DNA of 64,000 bases from Candidatus Marinacidobacterales bacterium (GCA_965224085.1 CBDCYI010000005.1:672001-736000), one strand, 5' to 3'. Counted from the stretch's first letter, positions 1-10,271 are shown. The notes: generated by a model not told the origin, from the letters alone. Program-made: numbers and translations.

Positions 1-1248
1 ATTAAGTTTGGGCTCTCGAATATCAACCAGCTCGCGGAAGCTTTGGGTCGCCCCGAACGCTGCTTCCCGTCCATCCTCATCGCGGGCACGAACGGCAAAG
101 GCTCGACGGCCGCGCTTTTGACTTCCGTTCTGCGCTCTGCTGGTTTTCGTGCCGGCCGCTACACGTCTCCTCATATCCGACGCCTCACGGAGCGGATCCA
201 AGTGGATGGTGCGCCCATCTCGGTCGATGCGATGACGGCGGTCGTGAGCCGCGTCGCCGAAGCGTCGTCGCGGGTGGGGGAGCCGACGTTTTTCGAAGCC
301 GTCACTGCCTGCGCCTTCGCCTATTTCGCCGAACAATCGGTCGACATGGCCGTTGTCGAGGTTGGGATGGGCGGGCGTTGGGACGCCACCAATATTGTGC
401 CCGCGGCTATTTCGGTTATCACGCCCATCGGTTTCGACCACGAAAAGTTTCTCGGTGACACGCTGGGCGCCATCGCGGCGGAAAAGGCCGCGATCATCAA
501 AGAAGAACGGCCGGTCGTCGTGTCCAAGCTCGACGGCGAAGCGCTCGACGTCGTGCGCGAGCAAGCCCAGCGCAAGCGCGCAAAGCTCGTTCTCGCGCAC
601 GAGGGTGTTCAGATTTCCGCGCGAGCGACTGAAACCGGCCATCTCGTGTCCTTGAAAACGGCCAAGATGGACTATGGCGAGCTCGGATTTCCACTTCACG
701 GTGTGCATCAGCTCGACAATCTCGTTTTGGCTGTCCGCGTCGCCGAGATTGCGCATCCTGATCTCGAAGCCCATCATGTCCAAGAGGGCGTCGCCCAAAC
801 GGCTTGGCCCGGTCGCCTCGAGCGGATAGCGGGAAGCCCTCCTCTTCTGCTTGACGCCGCGCACAACGTGATGGCGGCCGAGCAGCTCGGTCGGTTCCTT
901 TCGGCGAATCCGCGCGAGAAGCGCGTGCTGCTCTTCGGGGTCATGAAGGATAAACGCGTGCACGAGATGCTGTCCCAACTTCTGCCGCACGTATCTCGCT
1001 TCGTGGCCACGCGTCCCGAAATGTCACGGGCGCGCGGGCCTGTGCCGCTCGCCGAGTGGGCACAGGACCAAGGCACACCATCGGAAGCGGTTCTTTCATC
1101 GCCTCTAGCGCTTGCCCGGGCGCGCGCGATCGCGGGCCCATCGGGAGAAATCGTCGTCGCGGGCTCGATCTTCCTGCTCGGCGAGATTGTCGAGGCTCTC
1201 GAAGGCGCGGCTAACGCGCCTCACATGGCCGCGCAAACTCCAGCGTGA
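1..1248 (+). CDS. folC: Folylpolyglutamate synthase/dihydrofolate synthase (5' end outside window)
   Basis: IAGTNGKGST P-loop, YTSPH, EVGMGGRWDATN, WPGRLE and LLDAAHN motifs; frame is open from base 1 (IKFGLSNI). Confidence 0.95.
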   Translation: MKFGLSNINQLAEALGRPERCFPSILIAGTNGKGSTAALLTSVLRSAGFRAGRYTSPHIRRLTERIQVDGAPISVDAMTAVVSRVAEASSRVGEPTFFEAVTACAFAYFAEQSVDMAVVEVGMGGRWDATNIVPAAISVITPIGFDHEKFLGDTLGAIAAEKAAIIKEERPVVVSKLDGEALDVVREQAQRKRAKLVLAHEGVQISARATETGHLVSLKTAKMDYGELGFPLHGVHQLDNLVLAVRVAEIAHPDLEAHHVQEGVAQTAWPGRLERIAGSPPLLLDAAHNVMAAEQLGRFLSANPREKRVLLFGVMKDKRVHEMLSQLLPHVSRFVATRPEMSRARGPVPLAEWAQDQGTPSEAVLSSPLALARARAIAGPSGEIVVAGSIFLLGEIVEALEGAANAPHMAAQTPA

Positions 1249-1666
1249 AGTAGAGAAAGCCGTCGTCGCCCCGAGCGATGCCCACGCCGAGCATTTCGAA
1301 TCTCGTGTCCAGTAGGTTTTCGCGGTGGCCAACGCTTGCCATCATGTCGCCGATGGAGTACTCGATGTTCGTATGTTTGGACACGTTCTCCCAGAACATG
1401 CAGCTATTGGGGAGGGCGTCCTTGATCCGCTCCTCCACCGACCGATCCATCTTGTGATTCACCTTTCCCGTGGCGGCCATCCGGCGGCTATAGGTACGCG
1501 CGATGGCGGCGAGCTCGCTCTTGCGCTCGAGCGGTGGGATCCCGCGCGCCTCCCGTTCCACGTTGATGAGCTCGACCATCTGGAGCTCCAGGGCGACCAG
1601 ATCTTCGATCGGGCTGGCCAAAAACTGTGGAACGAGCACCAACAACCCCGCTAAGCCCGGCATCAC
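1211..1666 (-). CDS. CAP/SCP-domain exported protein
   Basis: N-terminal hydrophobic segment; INVER..RG, ENV, SVGHRENLL and LGVGI match CAP motifs. Confidence 0.8.
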   Translation of the reverse strand: MMPGLAGLLVLVPQFLASPIEDLVALELQMVELINVEREARGIPPLERKSELAAIARTYSRRMAATGKVNHKMDRSVEERIKDALPNSCMFWENVSKHTNIEYSIGDMMASVGHRENLLDTRFEMLGVGIARGDDGFLYFTLEFARPCEAR

Positions 1667-1698
1667 CCTATCGTAGCGTGGTAAAGTTTAGGGTTGCT

Positions 1699-2193
1699 AT
1701 GAAGCATCTTTTGCATCTCAGCGTCAATGGAGAGCCGGTGGAGATCGCGGCGCCGCTCCACCATACGCTTTTGGAAGTGTTGCGGGAGGACTTGCGCCTG
1801 ACGGGCACCAAGCACGGCTGTGAGCTCGGTGAATGCGGTACCTGTACTGTTCTCGTCGACGGCGAGCCCGTTCTGTCCTGCCTCACGCTGCCAATCGAGC
1901 TCGAGAGTGCGGAGATTACGACGGTCGAGGGGTTGACCGAAGACGGACAAGCCCACCTGCTCCAGATTGCCTTTGCGGAGACCGGGGCCGCTCAATGCGG
2001 CTATTGCACGCCTGGAATTTTGATGGCGGCCAAATCGCTCCTCGCGAGGAACCCGCGACCTTCGCGCCGGGAGATCCAGGAGGCGTTAGCGGGGAATCTT
2101 TGCCGTTGCACGGGCTATATTCAGATCCTCCAAGCCGTTGAGCGCGCCGCCGCCGGTGACACCGCTGACGTTGCTAAACCGATTTCTGTCTGA
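1699..2193 (+). CDS. hcrC: 2x[2Fe-2S] small subunit of a xanthine-oxidase-family enzyme (HcrC/CoxS-like)
   Basis: GTKHGCELGECGTC, QCGYCTPG, GNLCRCTGY. Confidence 0.85.
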   Translation: MKHLLHLSVNGEPVEIAAPLHHTLLEVLREDLRLTGTKHGCELGECGTCTVLVDGEPVLSCLTLPIELESAEITTVEGLTEDGQAHLLQIAFAETGAAQCGYCTPGILMAAKSLLARNPRPSRREIQEALAGNLCRCTGYIQILQAVERAAAGDTADVAKPISV

Positions 2194-2197
2194 AACG

Positions 2198-4597
2198 ATG
2201 CCGACCAAGACCGACGTTACTCCCGAAGAATCGACCCCGACCCAGGAGGCGGAGCTACTTTCGATCATCGGCAAGCCGCTGATGAAAGTGGACGCGATGG
2301 CGAAAGTCGCGGGAGAGACTCTTTTCGCCGACGACCTCGCTTTCCCGCGGATGCTCTTTTGCAAAATCAAACGCAGCCCGCATCCGTATGCCCGCATCGT
2401 AAACGTGGACACCAGCAAAGCGGAAGCGCTTGCAGGAGTTCGCGCCGTGCTCGTGGGATCTGAGCTTCCTATTACGTTCGGAATCCTACCCGTGTCACAG
2501 GACGAGCACGCGCTTTGTCTCGACAAAGTGCGCTTCGTGGGTGACCCGGTGGCGGCGGTAGCTGCGGTCGATGAAGAGACGGCGGAGGCCGCGCTCGAGC
2601 ATATCAACGTCGAGTACGAAGAGCTTCAGCCCATCATGAGCATTGAGGATGCACTCGCGGACACTGCCGAGCCGATCCACGCGAGCGAGCGCATCGACGG
2701 GAACGTTCACAAAGCCGTGACACTTCAGTTCGGAGATATTGAAGAAGGCTTCGCCGAGGCCGACGTCGTCCGCGAAGAATCGTTCTTCTTCCAAGGCAAT
2801 ACCCATCTTCCCATGGAGCAACACGCGGCGATCGCCTCCTACGGTGCGGATTCTAAGATGACCGTATGGTCTTCAACCCAGACGCCGCACTACGTGCATC
2901 GGGCGATGGCGAAGGTCCTCGAAATGCCGCCATCCCACGTGCGCATCATCGCCTGTCCCAATGGCGGCGGTTTCGGAGGCAAGAGCGACCCGTTCAACCA
3001 CGAGATGGTCGTCGCAAAGCTTTCGATGAAAACGCGGCGGCCGGTGAAAGTTACGCTGACGCGTGAGGAAGTCTTTTACTGCCATCGCGGCCGGCATCCC
3101 GTGAAGATGTGGGTGAAGACTGGTATCAAGAAAGACGGCTCGATCACGGCCATGCACTTCCGTTCGTTTCTCGACGGGGGTGCCTATGGCAGCTACGGTG
3201 TGGCGAGCCTCTACTACACGGGTGCGCTTCAGACCGTTACTTACAAGATTCCACGTTACAAGTTTGAAGGCCTGCGTGTGTTCACCAACAAGCCGCCTTG
3301 CGGCCCCAAGCGCGGCCACGGTACGGTGCAGCCGCGCTTCGCGATCGAATGCCATCTCGACAAGCTTGCGGAGGAGATCCAGAAGAGTCCGCTCGACATC
3401 CGGCTCGACAAGGTAGTCGAGCCGTTCTCGATCACCGCGAACCAGCTCGAGATCCGTACGGTTGGATTGAAAGAATGCCTCGAGCGCGTCGCCGAGCGCT
3501 CCGACTTCCGCAAGAAGCACGGCAATCTCCCGCGCGGACGGGGAATCGCTATCACCGCGTCGAGCTATCTCAGTGGCGCGGGACTCCCCATCTACTGGAA
3601 CAAGCTGCCGCATAGCGGCGTGCAGCTTCAAATCGACCGCGGCGGCGGGGTTACGGCGTTTTGCGGCTCGACGGATATCGGCCAAGGCTCCGACTCGGTG
3701 CTCGCTTACGTCGTGGCCGAGGAGCTCGGCGTCGACGTCAAGGACGTGCACGTCGTGACGGCGGATACGAGCCTGACGCCCGTCGATCTCGGAAGCTACT
3801 CGAGTCGCGTAACTTTGATGACCGGAAATGCCGCTATCGAAGCGGCGAGACGACTTAAGCCGCTTTTGCTCGACCAGGCTGCGGAGAAATTGCAAGTTCC
3901 CGTTGAACGCCTCGCGATGGCGCACGGGAAGATCTTCGATCGCGGGCACCCCGACGTCTCGATGGCCTTCGCCGAGGCCGTCGTGCTCGCGGAAGCCCGG
4001 CACGGCACGCTCGGCTCGACCGGAAGTTACACGCCGCCACGCGCTCCCGGACGCTATAAGGGCGCGGGCGTGGGACCGAGCGCGACCTATAGTTATTCGG
4101 CCTGTGTGCTCGAGCTCGAAGTCGACGAAGAAACCGGGTGGGTGAAGATCGAGCAAATCTGGATTGCCCACGACGTGGGAAAGCCCATCAACCCACTGCT
4201 CGCAATTGGGCAGATCGAAGGCAGTGTCTATATGGGGCTCGGCGAGGCGCTCATGGAAGAGCAAGTTTTCCGCAAAGGTGTCCACAAGATCCCGTCGATG
4301 CTCGACTACAAGAGCCCGACCTTCGTGGACATGCCGCCGGTGGAGTCGATCCTCGTCGAAACACTGGACCCGCAAGGTCCCTACGGCGCGAAAGAATGCG
4401 GCCAAGGTCCGCTCCTACCGGTCATCCCCGCCGTGCCGATCGCGATCTATGACGCAGTTGGCGTGCGCATCGATGAGAGTCCCGTGACCCCGGACAAGAT
4501 TGTGAGCGCGCTCGAAGGTCGGCTTGCGAAACCGACCGTTCCCGAATACGAGTTCCCGCCGCCTGCCGAGGTGCCCCCGATGCGTGAAGACTCATGA
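2198..4597 (+). CDS. hcrA: Molybdopterin large subunit, 4-hydroxybenzoyl-CoA reductase alpha-like
   Basis: GGGFGGK, IGQGS, GSYSSRVT, GQIEG, PYGAKE motifs; lies between the FeS and FAD subunit genes. Confidence 0.75.
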   Translation: MPTKTDVTPEESTPTQEAELLSIIGKPLMKVDAMAKVAGETLFADDLAFPRMLFCKIKRSPHPYARIVNVDTSKAEALAGVRAVLVGSELPITFGILPVSQDEHALCLDKVRFVGDPVAAVAAVDEETAEAALEHINVEYEELQPIMSIEDALADTAEPIHASERIDGNVHKAVTLQFGDIEEGFAEADVVREESFFFQGNTHLPMEQHAAIASYGADSKMTVWSSTQTPHYVHRAMAKVLEMPPSHVRIIACPNGGGFGGKSDPFNHEMVVAKLSMKTRRPVKVTLTREEVFYCHRGRHPVKMWVKTGIKKDGSITAMHFRSFLDGGAYGSYGVASLYYTGALQTVTYKIPRYKFEGLRVFTNKPPCGPKRGHGTVQPRFAIECHLDKLAEEIQKSPLDIRLDKVVEPFSITANQLEIRTVGLKECLERVAERSDFRKKHGNLPRGRGIAITASSYLSGAGLPIYWNKLPHSGVQLQIDRGGGVTAFCGSTDIGQGSDSVLAYVVAEELGVDVKDVHVVTADTSLTPVDLGSYSSRVTLMTGNAAIEAARRLKPLLLDQAAEKLQVPVERLAMAHGKIFDRGHPDVSMAFAEAVVLAEARHGTLGSTGSYTPPRAPGRYKGAGVGPSATYSYSACVLELEVDEETGWVKIEQIWIAHDVGKPINPLLAIGQIEGSVYMGLGEALMEEQVFRKGVHKIPSMLDYKSPTFVDMPPVESILVETLDPQGPYGAKECGQGPLLPVIPAVPIAIYDAVGVRIDESPVTPDKIVSALEGRLAKPTVPEYEFPPPAEVPPMREDS

Positions 4598-5589
4598 TGA
4601 GACTTCCGCCATTCCGGTATTTCGCGCCCAAGACGGCGCGAGAAGCGGCGAAAATGATCGCCGACCACGCGGCCGACGAAGCGATGCCGGTCGCGGGTGG
4701 CACCGACCTCTATCCCAACATGAAGCGGCGGCAGTTTACGCCCAAGGTCCTCATCGGCCTTTACCGGCTCGAGGAGAGCCGCGGCATCGAAGGGAGCAGT
4801 GAGGACGGCGACGGCGTCACGATTCGCGGGATGACGACGCTCACCCACGTCGAGAACAACGAGATGCTACGGGCGGACTATCCCGCCATCGCGACAGCGG
4901 CGCGCCTCGTGAGCGCACCGACCCTGCGCAACATGGGGACGATTGGCGGAAACCTGTGCGTCGACACCCGCTGCAACTACTACAACCAGAACTACGAGTG
5001 GCGTAAGTCAATCAACTTCTGCATGAAGAAAGACGGCGAGATTTGCTGGGTCGCACCTTCGAGTCCCCGCTGCTGGGCGGTGAGCTCTTCGGATACCGCC
5101 CCCGTGTTCATGGCGCTCGACGCAGAGTGCACGCTCGTCGGCCCCAAAGGCGCGCGCCGTGTTCCGGTGAAGAGCTTGTACCAGCACGACGGCATCGACT
5201 TTCTGAAAAAAGAGCGAGAAGAGATCTTGACCGAGATCCACGTGCCCAAGATTGACGGGACGCGTGCGACTTATTTGAAGCTTCGCCGGCGCGACAGCAT
5301 CGACTTTCCGATTCTAGGCGTCGCGGCAGCACTCGAAACGGCGAAAGACGGTACTGTCGAGAAGGCGCGCATTGTTTTGACCGCGGTCGAGTCCGCGCCG
5401 GTGCGAGCAGAAAAAGCGGAAGCGCTTCTCGTCGGCAAAAAGCTCCGCGAGGAATCGATCGACGAGGCGTCCGCTATCGCCTATCGTCCAGCAAAGCCTC
5501 TCGACAACACCGACCTCACGCACGCCTATCGAAAAAAGATGGCCCGTGTCTACGTGGCCCGGGCGCTGAGGGAATTGTCGCGCGCGTAA
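4594..5589 (+). CDS. hcrB: FAD subunit with extra [4Fe-4S] insert, 4-hydroxybenzoyl-CoA reductase beta-like
   Basis: AGGTDL and RNMGTIGGNL motifs plus the four-Cys insert TRCNYYNQ..FCMK..EICW..RCW typical of HcrB. Confidence 0.8.
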   Translation: MMRLPPFRYFAPKTAREAAKMIADHAADEAMPVAGGTDLYPNMKRRQFTPKVLIGLYRLEESRGIEGSSEDGDGVTIRGMTTLTHVENNEMLRADYPAIATAARLVSAPTLRNMGTIGGNLCVDTRCNYYNQNYEWRKSINFCMKKDGEICWVAPSSPRCWAVSSSDTAPVFMALDAECTLVGPKGARRVPVKSLYQHDGIDFLKKEREEILTEIHVPKIDGTRATYLKLRRRDSIDFPILGVAAALETAKDGTVEKARIVLTAVESAPVRAEKAEALLVGKKLREESIDEASAIAYRPAKPLDNTDLTHAYRKKMARVYVARALRELSRA

Positions 5590-5596
5590 CCGCGAA

Positions 5597-5633
5597 ATGC
5601 TCGACCGCAGACAATTCCTGAGCCTTGTGCCTT
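5597..5633 (+). pseudogene. N-terminal stub of a Tat-signal protein (MLDRRQFLSLVP) cut by IS110
   Basis: ATG 7 nt after the hcrB stop; twin-arginine RRQFL; runs into the IS110 end. Confidence 0.5.
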
Positions 5634-5675
5634 ACCGAGGTACTTTCGACTGACACTCCCGGCCGAAGGCATTTT

Positions 5676-7064
5676 TCATGATATGGATTGATCGGGAACG
5701 AGGCTGAAGCCGAGTCGGGTAGCTTTGCGTCGGAGATTACTCAGGAGGCGTTGCTGGTATTGCCTTTCATAGGCGTCCTGACCGAGCTCAATGAACTCCT
5801 CTCCAGTCGCAAGCATGCGGAAGTAGATGGTCGCTATTTTACGGGCGGTAGCTGTGATGGCCTTTGGAGCACCTCGTCGCGATCGGATTCGTCGATAGAA
5901 AGCGCCGAGCGCGGTTTGGGTATTGCGGACAGCGCACGCGGCGAGGCGAAAGAGTTTTGCAGCACGACTGGAGCTCATTGGGGTGGCCCGGCGAAAGATT
6001 CGACCAGCGGACTCCTTATTATTCGGTGCGAGAGCTAGCCATGAGGTGAAGTGCTTGTCACTTTTCCACGGGCTCATGTCGCAACCGGTTTCTCCTACGA
6101 GCTGCAGAACGGCATAGCTACCTAAGCCGGGAACCCTGGTTAGGTCCACCCCCGTGAGTCCCAATAGAGACTCAGCGAGCGGAAAGCGCGGCCCGTTGCC
6201 GCTACGCGCTCGCCGTGTCCGTGGTTTCGGCTTAGGCCGAGCGTCCTGAGGCCGGGTCTCCAATTTGGACAGGCATCTCTCGATCCGCTTGTCACAGTCT
6301 TCCATTTTCTCTTGATAGAAATCGTACAACTCCACCGACTGTTGAAGAGCGAAAACATGCTCGCTCCGATAGTTACCTTCTAAGGCTTTCGCGATCGTGG
6401 CCTCATCGTTGTGGCAACGTTCATGCCTCAGTTTTGCTAGGTCACGAGGATCTCGCTCTCCTCTCAAGATCGCTCGGATGATCGCAAGGCCGGTGACTCC
6501 GGTCACGTCGCGCAGGACGTGTTGTAGCTGGAGCCCCATTTGGTTGAGCGCTTTGTGCATATGCTGAATGTGGCGAGCCGCTGACTCCACCAGCGAGCTT
6601 CGTTGGCGGGTGTATGCCCTTAGCTCGCAAATCGCCGATTCCGGCCGAAAGGTTTTTGGGAGTAGCCCGAATGTATGCAGCTGTTGCAGCCACTCCGCAT
6701 CCGACACGTCTGACTTGCGCCCAGATACGTTTTTCACTTTGCGAGCATCGACCAGATAGACTTCAAATCCCTCGTCTTCCAACAACTCGTACAGTGGAAT
6801 CCAATAAACTCCGGTCGACTCCATCGCCACCGTGCACACGCCGCACGCCTTCAGCCAATTGGCCAGCTCTCGCAGCGAGCATACAAAGCTCTGAAACGTG
6901 CGGACATGTTCGCCCTCAGGAGTGCGCCCCTTCGGGACTGCCGCCACGATTGACTCCGCTCCAATATCAATCCCTGCAGCATCTAGATTTACCGTGTCGA
7001 GCTCGTGCTCCAATTTTTTCCGTCTTGCTTGACGACTGCTTTTTGTCCTGACGCGACGTGCCAT
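5676..7064 (-). CDS. IS110 DEDD recombinase/transposase
   Basis: GIDIG, AMESTG, RKSDVSDA (DEDD) and NKESAG catalytic Ser; AAGGAG RBS before ATG 7064. Confidence 0.95.
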   Translation of the reverse strand: MARRVRTKSSRQARRKKLEHELDTVNLDAAGIDIGAESIVAAVPKGRTPEGEHVRTFQSFVCSLRELANWLKACGVCTVAMESTGVYWIPLYELLEDEGFEVYLVDARKVKNVSGRKSDVSDAEWLQQLHTFGLLPKTFRPESAICELRAYTRQRSSLVESAARHIQHMHKALNQMGLQLQHVLRDVTGVTGLAIIRAILRGERDPRDLAKLRHERCHNDEATIAKALEGNYRSEHVFALQQSVELYDFYQEKMEDCDKRIERCLSKLETRPQDARPKPKPRTRRARSGNGPRFPLAESLLGLTGVDLTRVPGLGSYAVLQLVGETGCDMSPWKSDKHFTSWLALAPNNKESAGRIFRRATPMSSSRAAKLFRLAACAVRNTQTALGAFYRRIRSRRGAPKAITATARKIATIYFRMLATGEEFIELGQDAYERQYQQRLLSNLRRKATRLGFSLVPDQSIS

Positions 7065-7286
7065 TTCTCGCTCCTTTCGGCGCAACCAGGAGAGAGGGGC
7101 GATTCAAAACATTCTTTCGAACGGGGTCATGCCTCGCGACATGCCACCACGGATACTCCCGCTAACCCTCCAGACCTTGCTGTCAAACGGGCACTGAGCA
7201 CCATCGTACCTTCGGCCTTGACTCCCGGCTGCACTCGATCGGAGTCTACTTCCTCCCACAGATCTCAAAGGGTCAGTCTCCGATTA
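7065..7286 (-). ncRNA. Candidate IS110 bridge RNA region (non-coding left end)
   Basis: About 220 nt non-coding end upstream of the recombinase, the position of bridge RNAs in IS110-group elements; boundaries and fold not computed. Confidence 0.55.
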
Positions 7287-7315
7287 CCTTCGCCCGCCCG
7301 GGCGATGCCATTGCT

Positions 7316-7830
7316 GTCAAATTGAGCTGGTGACTGACAGAATGGTCCAATGAAGACCGATGCGCCAAGCTACCACGGCTATCGATTTCCACCGGAAATC
7401 ATCAGCCACGCCGTCTGGCTCTACCACCGATTCTGCGTGAGCTTTCGAAACGTCGAAGAGCTGCTTGCTCAGCGAGGCATCACGGTTTCCTACGAAGCGA
7501 TCCGACTTTGGTGCATCAAGTTCGGGCCGGAATACGCTCGGCGACTGAAGCGTCGGCAGGGTCGCCTTGGTGACACGTGGCAGCTGGTCACCGACAAACT
7601 GAGAAGCTACAGCGCCGCTCACCGCGAGGTCATGCCGTCCGTCGTCCACGACACTGACCAGTACAGAAACAACCTAGCCGAAGTCTCGCACGAACCGACG
7701 CGACAACGGGAACGACAGATGCGGAAGTTTAAAACTCCTGGGCAGGCGCAACGATTCTTGACCGTGCATGGACTCGTGCAAAACCTCTTTCGCGTCGGAC
7801 GGCATTTGTTGCAAGCGCATCATCATCGGG
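7316..7830 (+). mobile_element. IS6 copy with 168-bp internal deletion and truncated ends
   Basis: Near-identical to the copy at 7831-8636 but reads DTW|QLVTDK, lacking the HLDE segment. Confidence 0.9.
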
Positions 7831-8636
7831 GGTATTGTCAAATTGAGCTGGTGACTGACAGAATGGTCCAATGAAGACCGATGCGCCAAGCTACCACGGC
7901 TATCGATTTCCACCGGAAATCATCAGCCACGCCGTCTGGCTCTACCACCGATTCTGCGTGAGCTTTCGAAACGTCGAAGAGTTGCTCGCTCAGCGAGGCA
8001 TCACAGTTTCTTACGAAGCGGTCCGACTGTGGTGCATTAAGTTCGGGCCGGAATACGCTCGGCGACTGAAGCGTCGGCAGGGTCGTCTCGGTGACACATG
8101 GCACCTGGACGAGGTCTTCATAAAGATACAAGGTGAACGCCAATACCTCTGGCGCGCGGTAGACCAAGATGGTGATGTAATCGATATCCTCGTCCAGCTT
8201 CGCCGTGATCAGAAAGCCGCCAAACGATTCTTCCGCAAGCTGTTGAAGGGGCAAGGCCGTCCGCCCTGGCAGCTGGTCACCGACAAACTGAGAAGCTACA
8301 GCGCCGCTCACCGCGAGGTCATGCCGTCCGTCGTCCACGACACTGACCAGTACAGAAACAATCTAGCCGAAGTCTCGCACGAGCCGACGCGACAACGGGA
8401 ACGACAGATGCGGAAGTTTAAGACTCCGGGACAGGCGCAACGATTCTTGACCGTGCATGGACTCGTGCAAAACCTCTTTCGCGTCGGACGGCATTTGTTG
8501 CAAGCGCGTCATCATCGGGAGCTACGAGACCGCGCTTTCATCGTCTGGCACGAGGTAACGTGTGCCGCATGACGAGAGCAAAGGAAGTCAGCTCGACGCG
8601 ATAGGTTCGCTCGCTCAACGTCAACTTGACAATACC
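7831..8636 (+). mobile_element. IS6-family element (806 bp), transposase 7871-8572
   Basis: IRs GGTATTGTCAAATTGA / TCAACTTGACAATACC; WHLDEVF, YLWRAVD, VTDK, NNLAE motifs. Confidence 0.95.
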
Positions 8637-9251
8637 GTGTCGGCTGTTCGTGACCGATGGCTCCAAGGCGCTACGGGTCGCCGTCGACGCTGTGTTCGGT
8701 ACCCACAACAAGGTCCAGCGTTGCAGGAAGCACAAGGAGCGCAATGTGCTCGGTTATCTGCCGCAGGAGCTGAAGCCGCAAGTGCAAGCGAGCCTGCGTT
8801 CGGCCTGGCAGCTCCCAGCAAAGAAGGGCAAAGCTCGGTTGGAGCAACAGGCGAAGTGGCTTGAGGACGACTACCCCTCGGCGGCGGAGAGCATCCGGGA
8901 GGGGCTCGACGAGATGTTCACCATCAACGAGCTCGACCTCCCCGCATCTCTGAAACGCTGCCTTGGATCGACGAACATCATCGAGTCGTGCTTCAGCGGT
9001 GCGCGAGGTCGTACCCGTCGCGTCACCCGCTGGCGCAATGGCAAGATGGTTCTGAGATGGGCCGCTTCGGCTCTGCTCGCCACGGAGAAAAATTTCCGTC
9101 GTATCATTGGATACCAATCGCTACCGATCCTCGAAGCGAAGTTAGCGGAGGTCACTGAGAATCAAGCGCTCGACAAGCACGCCAAAGTCGGGTAAACATG
9201 TGTCAGGAGCCGCCACCACCTCGAACCTTCAACTATGGTGGGGGCACCTCC
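8637..9251 (+). mobile_element. IS256-family 3' fragment with right end
   Basis: FVTDGSKAL, VQRCRKHK, STNIIES; 5' part removed at the IS6 IR. Confidence 0.85.
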
Positions 9252-9680
9252 CGGTCGAGACACTCTCGACGTATGGAGAGAACGAATCTTTCCGCATATG
9301 CGTTCAGATTCGGACTATTAGCGGGAAGGCGAAGGGGCTTCACGCCTGAATCTCTCAACAGCCCACGTACCGCCTCGGTGAATAGCGGGTCCCGGTCGTG
9401 GATGAGGTATCGCTTGCCAAGGAGGAAACCATCCCACATGTCCGTGAGGTTTCTTGCCACCTGCTTCATCCACTCCCCGTTGGGGTCCGACGTTATCCCA
9501 CCGATGCACACGCAGCGAGTGGCGATATCGATGACAAACAGGACATGGTAGCGGACGAGCCCGAACGGGTTCACAACCTCGACGGTGAACAGGTCTGTCG
9601 CAGCGATGGCGCCCCAATGAGCCTTGATGAAGGTGCTCCACGACATGCTCCTGCCCCGCTCCGGCGCAGGAGCGATACCG
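9252..9680 (-). pseudogene. rve integrase-core transposase fragment
   Basis: [28 protein letters not shown]. Confidence 0.85.
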
Positions 9681-9745
9681 CGTCCTGTGCCAAAACTCGG
9701 GCTTTTTGAAATAGCCTATAAATCAGCAGCTTGGTGTCTGTGTTT
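9681..9745 (-). repeat. Dispersed element-terminus motif ending ...TTTTGGCACAGGACG (copy 1 of 5)
   Basis: Other copies at 19605-19658(-), 31846-31887(+), 37442-37461(-), 39056-39120(+). Confidence 0.85.
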
Positions 9746-9778
9746 GCGACCAGGCCCTTAGCTCCTGGAAACAAGATT

Positions 9779-10105
9779 TCAACCCTTGACGAGCTTGAGC
9801 GCCCTCTTGGCAAGCACGGTCACGACCCCGGCATAAAGAGAGGTACTGACCTGATCGACGATGGCGTCCAGGGAACCGCCAATCACTTGGATGTGACTCA
9901 GTACGTCCGCACCTGCAGTAGCACCGACTGCAAGAGTCAATACCAAGTAGGCTGTCGCGTCCTCAGCGTCGATCGCCAACCCGCCATACACCAAGCCCAG
10001 AACAACCAGTGCGAGGGCCACGATCCCAGCGGGAACTGCCTCAGCGGCCAAGCCCTGCACAATCGCCAATAGCCAGATGAGGCCAACAATGATTCTGATT
10101 GCCAT
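9779..10105 (-). CDS. Small multi-pass membrane protein of unknown function
   Basis: Highly hydrophobic 108 aa; AGGAG RBS upstream. Confidence 0.7.
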   Translation of the reverse strand: MAIRIIVGLIWLLAIVQGLAAEAVPAGIVALALVVLGLVYGGLAIDAEDATAYLVLTLAVGATAGADVLSHIQVIGGSLDAIVDQVSTSLYAGVVTVLAKRALKLVKG

Positions 10106-10209
10106 TTTTATCTCCTAGAATAGTTGCGCGTGATGGCCCGCTCCGTCGGCCAGCCGTAACAGTCACGGACACGGTAACAGGGCCGCCGGAATTATACCAA
10201 TACGGGGCC

Positions 10210-10271
10210 CCTGTTGTCATCCGAAAGAAAGAAGATCGCGTACCGCTGGATCGACTTTTTGCGGAGCACAG
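10210..10271. mobile_element. Degenerate about 60-bp MITE-like element
   Basis: Near-identical to 34055-34115. Confidence 0.65.

Larger units (their letters stand above)
5630..7290 (-). mobile_element. IS110-family element, apparently complete
   Basis: Full transposase ORF; CCTT at both edges (5630-5633, 7287-7290); subterminal inverted repeat GACTGAC 5648-5654 / GTCAGTC 7272-7278. Confidence 0.75.

Noticed and set aside
2873-4405. Long antisense ORFs (also 13653-14837, 28117-29271, 50671-51795, 57273-58331)
   Set aside because: Shadow frames of GC-rich genes with no recognisable motifs
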